A stretch of 64,000 nucleotides of DNA from Candidatus Azambacteria bacterium (GTDB lineage: Bacteria > Patescibacteriota > Minisyncoccia > GWC2-36-17 > WO2-46-25): NCBI GenBank assembly GCA_016234725.1, contig JACRAK010000019.1:5801-69800 (forward strand). Reading direction: 5' to 3'. Shown piece after piece: positions 58,731-64,000 of this stretch (its first letter is position 1; each line of letters begins with the position of its first letter). The translations under genes were made by a program, and so were the position numbers. The notes beneath the pieces were generated by a model. That model did no database searches. It saw only the letters and a program-made list of their open reading frames with translations, and had not been told where the DNA came from.

Positions 58731-61073
58731 ATGGATAGCAGACTCAATTTCCCGACCGTCTTTGTGATATTCGGCGCTACGGGCGATCTTGCGCGGCGGA
58801 AGATATTTCCCGCGCTTTTTGAATTAAAAAAGAAAGGAGCGCTCCCTGACCGGTTCGCGGTCGTGGCGTTCAGCCGGCGTGAATGGGATGATGCCATGTT
58901 TCGGGACTATGTGAAAGGAATGCTCGGCGCAGAAAATACCGATAGCGAGGTCGCCGCTTTTTTGAAGCTCATTCATTTTCAGCATGGTACATTCGAGGAT
59001 AAAGGATCGTACGACGATCTTCATGGAGCGCTTGCGCGCATCGATGAAGAATGGAAATTATGCACCAATAAGCTTTTTTATCTGGCGACCCCGCCGGAAA
59101 ATTACAAAAACATCCTTGCGCATCTGCATCGTTCGGGGTTGACCGCGCCGTGCTCGCCCGAAGAGGGGTTCACGCGCGTACTTGTGGAGAAGCCGTTCGG
59201 CAAGGACCTTGCCACCGCGGAAGCGCTTGATGCGCTTTTGGGGAAACTGTTCAAAGAAGAGCAGATCTATCGCATCGACCATTATCTGGGAAAGGAGATG
59301 CTGCAAAACATCCTTCATTTTCGTTTTTCGAACAACCTTTTGGAAGACGTATGGAGCAATAAATACATCAAACGGGTAGAGGTCAGGCTGTGGGAGCAAA
59401 AGGGGGTGGAAACGCGCGGCGCGTTCTATGACGGGCTTGGCGCGTTGCGTGATGTCGGACAGAACCATGTATTACAAATGGCGGCATTGGTGGCGATGGA
59501 GCAGCCCGCCGCGTTCACCGCGGAAGCGGTGCGGGTAAACCGCGCGGCGATCCTTGAAACAGTGAAAATATTCACTACGGAGGAGATCAAACGGCACACC
59601 TTCCGGGCGCAATATCTCGGGTATCGAGATATTGCGGGCGTGAAGAGCGATTCTACGACCGAGACGTATTTTAAAACGCAGCTTTTTTTCGATCACCCGC
59701 GGTGGCAGGGAGTCGAGTTTACGCTCGAAAGCGGGAAGCGGATGAAGGAACAAAGGAAAGAGGTCATTGTGTATTTTCGCCATCCACGGCCGTGCTTGTG
59801 CCCCGACGGGGGGCATGTGCAGAATACGGTCCATTTCACGCTCGAGCCGAAAGAAGAGATACGGATGAACATTTGGGCGAAAAAGCCGGGGCTCACCAAC
59901 GAGCTTGCCGAGCGTGCGCTTACGTTCACGTATCGCGAAGCGTCGGAGCGCGTGCAGTACATAGAAGAATATGAACGGTTGCTTGTCGACGCTATTGCGG
60001 GCGACCAAATGCTCTTTTTGAGCACAAATGAAGTGAGAGCGATGTGGAAATTCATCGACCCCATCGTGCATGCGTGGGACAAAAAAGCGGTCGTGCTCGC
60101 CTCATATGCTCCCGATACATCCGAAGCGGCTACGCAGGCGCAATACGCGGAGCGTGTCGCGATGATGCCGAAAGCGATCGGCATGGTCGGCTTAGGGAAG
60201 ATGGGCGGAGGCATCGCCATGCAGCTTTTGGAAAAAGGGTGGGAGGTCGCGGGAACGACGCGGGATGCCGAGAAAGCGGAGAAATTCAAAAAAAACGGAA
60301 TGAAGATAGCGGCGGACTATGCCGACATGGTGCGCCGGCTGCCGAGCCCTAGAGTGGTGTGGGTGATGGTACCGGCGGGAGAGGCGACCGAAGAAACGAT
60401 CTTTGGCAAAGAAGGGTTGGCAAAGCATCTTGAGAAAGGGGACATTCTTATCGATGGCGGGAACAGTTTTTATAAGGACTCTATCCGCCGCGCGAAACAG
60501 CTGAAGAAAAAGGGCATTCGCTTTGTCGATGTGGGGGTGTCAGGCGGCCCCGGGGGCGCGCGGCGCGGCGCATGCATCATGGTGGGGGGAGAGCGTGCGT
60601 CGTACGAATATCTCCACCAGCTCTTTGCGGACTTCACGGTTTCAGGCGGCATCGGATTCTTTGACGGACACGGTGCCGGCCATTTCGTGAAGATGGTGCA
60701 CAACGGCATCGAGTATGGGATGATGCAGGCGATCGCGGAAGGGTTTCTTATTCTCAAAAAATCGAAGCTGAAGCTCGACCTTGCGCGCGTCGCGGATATT
60801 TATAATAGCGGAAGCGTTATCGAATCAAAGCTGATCAACTGGCTCACGGAGGCGTTTGACGTATACGGGCAGGACCTGAAAACGATCTCGGGAAGCGTGA
60901 AGCGGACGGGCGAGGGCGATTGGACGGTCAAGACCGCAAAAGAATTAAAGGTGCGGGCAAAAGTGATCGAGGAGTCGGTGAAATTCAGGAAGCTTTCGGC
61001 AAAAAATCCCGATTACGCGGGAAAGGTGCTTTCCGCGCTTCGCAACCGCTTCGGCGGGCATGCGATACAGTAG
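58731..61073 (+). CDS. zwf: bifunctional fusion: glucose-6-phosphate dehydrogenase (N-terminal, about 480 aa) plus short-form 6-phosphogluconate dehydrogenase (C-terminal, about 300 aa)
   Basis: Zwf motifs GATGDLARRK and RIDHYLGKE. The C-terminal half has the GLGKMGGGIAMQL Rossmann fold and 6PGDH-like (YqeC-type) core. One continuous 780-aa ORF. Confidence 0.8.
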   Translation: MDSRLNFPTVFVIFGATGDLARRKIFPALFELKKKGALPDRFAVVAFSRREWDDAMFRDYVKGMLGAENTDSEVAAFLKLIHFQHGTFEDKGSYDDLHGALARIDEEWKLCTNKLFYLATPPENYKNILAHLHRSGLTAPCSPEEGFTRVLVEKPFGKDLATAEALDALLGKLFKEEQIYRIDHYLGKEMLQNILHFRFSNNLLEDVWSNKYIKRVEVRLWEQKGVETRGAFYDGLGALRDVGQNHVLQMAALVAMEQPAAFTAEAVRVNRAAILETVKIFTTEEIKRHTFRAQYLGYRDIAGVKSDSTTETYFKTQLFFDHPRWQGVEFTLESGKRMKEQRKEVIVYFRHPRPCLCPDGGHVQNTVHFTLEPKEEIRMNIWAKKPGLTNELAERALTFTYREASERVQYIEEYERLLVDAIAGDQMLFLSTNEVRAMWKFIDPIVHAWDKKAVVLASYAPDTSEAATQAQYAERVAMMPKAIGMVGLGKMGGGIAMQLLEKGWEVAGTTRDAEKAEKFKKNGMKIAADYADMVRRLPSPRVVWVMVPAGEATEETIFGKEGLAKHLEKGDILIDGGNSFYKDSIRRAKQLKKKGIRFVDVGVSGGPGGARRGACIMVGGERASYEYLHQLFADFTVSGGIGFFDGHGAGHFVKMVHNGIEYGMMQAIAEGFLILKKSKLKLDLARVADIYNSGSVIESKLINWLTEAFDVYGQDLKTISGSVKRTGEGDWTVKTAKELKVRAKVIEESVKFRKLSAKNPDYAGKVLSALRNRFGGHAIQ

Positions 61074-61107
61074 GTGTTTTCCGCGCATTCATGAAGGTGT
61101 ATAATAC

Positions 61108-62505
61108 GTGCATTCATTAATAAGCAATAACACTATGGTGAAAAATTTCGTTTTTGTGGCGTGTGCGGTGATGATCGCCGTCATGGCACAGGTGTCATTT
61201 GTTGCGGCGCAAACCGATAGCGATGGCATCGCACGCGCTCCGCAAGCGTTTTCATCTGCGGATTTCGGGGTAGCGAGGATCGGTATTTTGCCGACGAGCA
61301 ATTTATATTTCTTGAAAGAATTACAGCGGAACATCCAGCGGGTGTTCGCATTCAGCGCAGCAAACAAGGCAAAGCTTGAAATGAAGATCGCGAATGAAAA
61401 AGCGGCGGAGATCGCAAAGATGCAGGAAATGGGTGTGACAGAAAGAGATGTCATGGACCGCGCGCTTGAAGGATATGAGAAGGTGCAGGAACGGCTCGGC
61501 AAAGCGCTTACGAAGGTAAAAGAAGGCAAAGAAAGCAGAGCGCGTGATGAGGTCTTGATGCGCGCGACAGAGCAGAGCGAAAAACACGGAGAATTTTTGC
61601 AAGGGCTTGCCCGAACGGTCGGCGACAAAGGACGGGCGCGAGAGATCATTATGAAAGCGGAAGAGGCGGTGCGCGGTACGGCGGAAGCGTCGCTTGAGAA
61701 AGCGACCGATGAGATCGATCGCGCGCAGGAATTTATCGCGGAGGTGGAAATAATGTTCGAAGAAGAAGCGGTGTCGCAGGAAGGAGCGACGACAACCGCC
61801 CCGGTCCTCGGTCAGCCGCAACAGCTTCTTGCGCAAGCACAGGAGCGTTTAGACAAGGCGACGGCCGCGTTTGATGCAGAAAAATACGGTGAAGCATACG
61901 GCCAGGCGCGCGCGGCGATAGCGATAGCATCTCATGCGAAACGGATATTGGATATGAACGCAGAGGCATCATCGGCGGAGGGAGACGAGGAGAACACGAA
62001 TGAGGACGGAGGCGCCGCGGCGGACGAGAGCGGAAGAAACGAAGGATGTCTGTGCGCACAGGTGTATAGCCCGGTGTGCGGTGTGGACGGCAAAACATAT
62101 GGCAATGCGTGCGAAGCAAACTGCCAGAAGAAGGCGGTAGCGCGTGCGGGGGAGTGTACGGAAGGCGAAACGAAGAGATCGGGATCATCAGCGCAAGAAA
62201 ATGACAAAGCATCATCTCAGAATATCATTACGGAAACACGCATGGTTTCGATCGAAGGGTTTGCGTTCTCGCCCAAAGAGATAACCATCAAAAAGGGGAC
62301 AAAGGTAACGTGGATGAACAAAGATGCCGCAGCGCATCAGATCGCGTCCAACCCGCATCCGTTGCACACGTCATTGCCCGAGCTTGCGTCGCCGGTTCTC
62401 GCGCGCGGAGAATCGTACAGTTTTACGTTCCAAAAAACAGGAACGATCGGGTATCATTGCCATCTGCATCCATCGATGCAGGGGAAGATAACCGTGATCG
62501 AGTAG
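61108..62505 (+). CDS. secreted protein with helical N-terminal region, Kazal-type domain and C-terminal cupredoxin (type-1 copper) domain
   Basis: Signal peptide; Kazal CLCAQVYSPVCGVDGKTYGNACEANC…C; cupredoxin ligands H…C-H-x-H-x-x-M (GYHCHLHPSMQG). Confidence 0.7.
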   Translation: MHSLISNNTMVKNFVFVACAVMIAVMAQVSFVAAQTDSDGIARAPQAFSSADFGVARIGILPTSNLYFLKELQRNIQRVFAFSAANKAKLEMKIANEKAAEIAKMQEMGVTERDVMDRALEGYEKVQERLGKALTKVKEGKESRARDEVLMRATEQSEKHGEFLQGLARTVGDKGRAREIIMKAEEAVRGTAEASLEKATDEIDRAQEFIAEVEIMFEEEAVSQEGATTTAPVLGQPQQLLAQAQERLDKATAAFDAEKYGEAYGQARAAIAIASHAKRILDMNAEASSAEGDEENTNEDGGAAADESGRNEGCLCAQVYSPVCGVDGKTYGNACEANCQKKAVARAGECTEGETKRSGSSAQENDKASSQNIITETRMVSIEGFAFSPKEITIKKGTKVTWMNKDAAAHQIASNPHPLHTSLPELASPVLARGESYSFTFQKTGTIGYHCHLHPSMQGKITVIE

Positions 62506-62565
62506 AAAGATAGCGTGAATAATAAAAGCGCCGGTGGTATAAAACCAACGGCGCTTTTTCGCGCG

Positions 62566-62916
62566 TTAATGAGCAGGCGGGGAGATGATACGGAGGCGTC
62601 CTTTCATTGGCGCATCGCGGTAGCGCCGAAGCGGGACCTTTCGTTCCTTACCGTCTTCTTTGATGAAGCGGAAAGAATACGTGGAGTAAATGGAGTCAAA
62701 TTCTGCTTTTGCTCCGCACCCGGCACAGGTAATGGTACTTTGCCGTATGGCGTGATCGGTCGTGTGCGTCACGATACCGCCCCCGCAGTCCTGGTGCGTC
62801 AGATGGCCCGGGTTTCTCGTTGAAACAATGGTCATGTGCGTTACTTTCTGGTACTGGATCACCGTCAGCACCAGGGCCAGTACTGCCAATAGTATCACTG
62901 CCGATGAAAAGGTCAT
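62566..62916 (-). CDS. hypothetical membrane-anchored Cys/His-rich protein
   Basis: N-terminal TM; HQDCGGG…H…CAGCG motifs. Convergent with the upstream gene, with a hairpin (62524-62559) between them. Confidence 0.35.
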   Translation of the reverse strand: MTFSSAVILLAVLALVLTVIQYQKVTHMTIVSTRNPGHLTHQDCGGGIVTHTTDHAIRQSTITCAGCGAKAEFDSIYSTYSFRFIKEDGKERKVPLRRYRDAPMKGRLRIISPPAH

Positions 62917-63059
62917 GATATCACCCCCTTTGGTTGTATTGTGAAAGAACGCCCGATAAAAGATAGATGCATATATTAAACCATATATTTTTTATTTTAC
63001 AAGACGAGTAATGCACAGGCGGGTGTGTGCGGTGCGCACAGGTGTATTATAATGTAAGT

Positions 63060-64000
63060 ATGAACTGGAAAAAGATCTTCACATCGCTTGCGATATTTGC
63101 CGTAGGAGCGGCGGCGCTTGCGGTGGCCGCATTCTACATGATCGATACGCTGCGTATCGCGCGCGGGCTGAAGCCGGTACTGCTGAAAGCGCCGCAAGAC
63201 ATCACAGAGATCATCCCGCTTGTAGGAAGTGAGATACCGGAAGGAAAAGAAGAAGGAAAAAATGAAACGGATATGCCGCTGAAACTTCCGGAAGGATTTT
63301 CCATTTCCATTTTTGCAAAAGATCTTGGCGGTCCCCGGGTGATGATGTGGGGCCCCGATGGTAATGTATGGACAAGCATCCCTTCGCAGGGAAAAGTGGT
63401 GGCGCTCAAAGATGCGAACGGCGACGGTTTTGCGGAAGGGTCCGTGACGGTGCTCGACGGGCTCAACCGGCCGCACGGCATGGCGTCGCGATGCAATGGA
63501 GCACGATGTACCATATATATTGCCGAGTCGCATCAGGTCGCGGCGTTCGAGTATGAGCAGGGGGTGTTGCTCAAAAGTAAAAAGAAGGTCGCCGATCTTC
63601 CCGACGGCGGGAGGCATTTTACGCGCACGCTCATGTTCATGCCATACCCCAATGAGAATAAATTATTGATATCTGTCGGTTCGTCATGCGACGTGTGCGA
63701 GGAAAAGGACGAGCGCCGCGCGAAAATATTAGCACTTAATGTTGTAAGCGGTGAGATGAAAGAATTTGCGCGGGGATTGCGCAATTCCGTCTTTATGGCG
63801 ACACATCCCGTGACCGGAAAAATATGGGCCACGGAGATGGGACGCGATATGCTGGGCGATGATCTCCCGCCGGATGAGATAAATATCATTGCAGAAGGAA
63901 AGAATTACGGATGGCCGATATGTTACGGCAAGAACGTGCATGATGCCGCGTTCGATAAAAACACCTATATCCGCAACCCATGCATGGAGCCGTTCGAGAC
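63060..64000 (+). CDS. PQQ-dependent sugar dehydrogenase-like beta-propeller protein (3' end outside window); not in supplied ORF track
   Basis: Translated directly: signal/TM, then PEGFSISIFAKDLGGPRVMMWGPDGNVW…NRPHGMA…NYGWP, typical of the soluble glucose/sorbosone dehydrogenase family. Open to the window end. Confidence 0.65.
   Translation, partial: MNWKKIFTSLAIFAVGAAALAVAAFYMIDTLRIARGLKPVLLKAPQDITEIIPLVGSEIPEGKEEGKNETDMPLKLPEGFSISIFAKDLGGPRVMMWGPDGNVWTSIPSQGKVVALKDANGDGFAEGSVTVLDGLNRPHGMASRCNGARCTIYIAESHQVAAFEYEQGVLLKSKKKVADLPDGGRHFTRTLMFMPYPNENKLLISVGSSCDVCEEKDERRAKILALNVVSGEMKEFARGLRNSVFMATHPVTGKIWATEMGRDMLGDDLPPDEINIIAEGKNYGWPICYGKNVHDAAFDKNTYIRNPCMEPFE

Noticed and set aside
62515-62823. 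Plus-strand ORF 62515-62823 opposite the Cys/His-rich minus-strand gene
   Set aside because: It begins inside the terminator hairpin of the upstream gene and has no start context. The minus-strand ORF has a TM helix and metal-binding-like motifs, so it is preferred, though both are low confidence.
62997-63889. Minus-strand ORFs 62997-63617, 63134-63514 and 63533-63889
   Set aside because: A + strand frame open from 63060 to the window end encodes a recognisable PQQ-type sugar dehydrogenase beta-propeller. The minus ORFs are its antisense artefacts.

Overview
This 64 kb window looks like a contig from a small-genome bacterium with about 50-55% GC. Nearly every gene is on the + strand. The gene content suggests a Candidate Phyla Radiation/Patescibacteria-like organism: three Wzy_C-like membrane proteins with TPR tails, giant LTD/beta-helix and Ser/Thr-rich secreted proteins, an orphan Avd-like four-helix-bundle protein, many small secreted low-complexity proteins and a Pif1-like helicase. 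This taxonomic call is an inference, not a search result.

Core genes recognised by motif: tgt (5'-truncated), uvrA, xseA/xseB, a class-V cysteine desulfurase, htrA, clpB, galU, dnaG, rpoD, one tRNA-Asn(GUU), tspO, glgC, cspA, apbE, a NOX/ferric-reductase-like flavocytochrome, gdh, an RsuA-family pseudouridine synthase, phosphoketolase (xfp) and ackA. There is also an IS481-family insertion sequence, a 3D-domain protein, a single-ORF zwf–gnd fusion, a secreted Kazal+cupredoxin protein and a partial PQQ-type sugar dehydrogenase at the 3' edge. No rRNA gene or CRISPR array was seen.

The most unusual material falls in three places. First, a surface island at about 16.1–33 kb. It holds a strong promoter with a roughly 565-nt structured leader, a 1154-aa Ser/Thr-rich repeat surface protein, a 530-bp array of at least 8 different perfect hairpins each followed by a T-rich tract, duplicated Lys-rich small proteins, three paralogous Wzy_C–TPR membrane proteins and a 1244-aa LTD/beta-helix protein. 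Second, a pervasive family of short palindromic and tandem-octamer intergenic elements, including a 35-nt double-hairpin element inserted in frame in the cysteine desulfurase gene with a second copy in an intergenic region. Third, an ApbE plus NOX-like extracytosolic redox pair next to secreted Asp-rich (TSP3-like) proteins.
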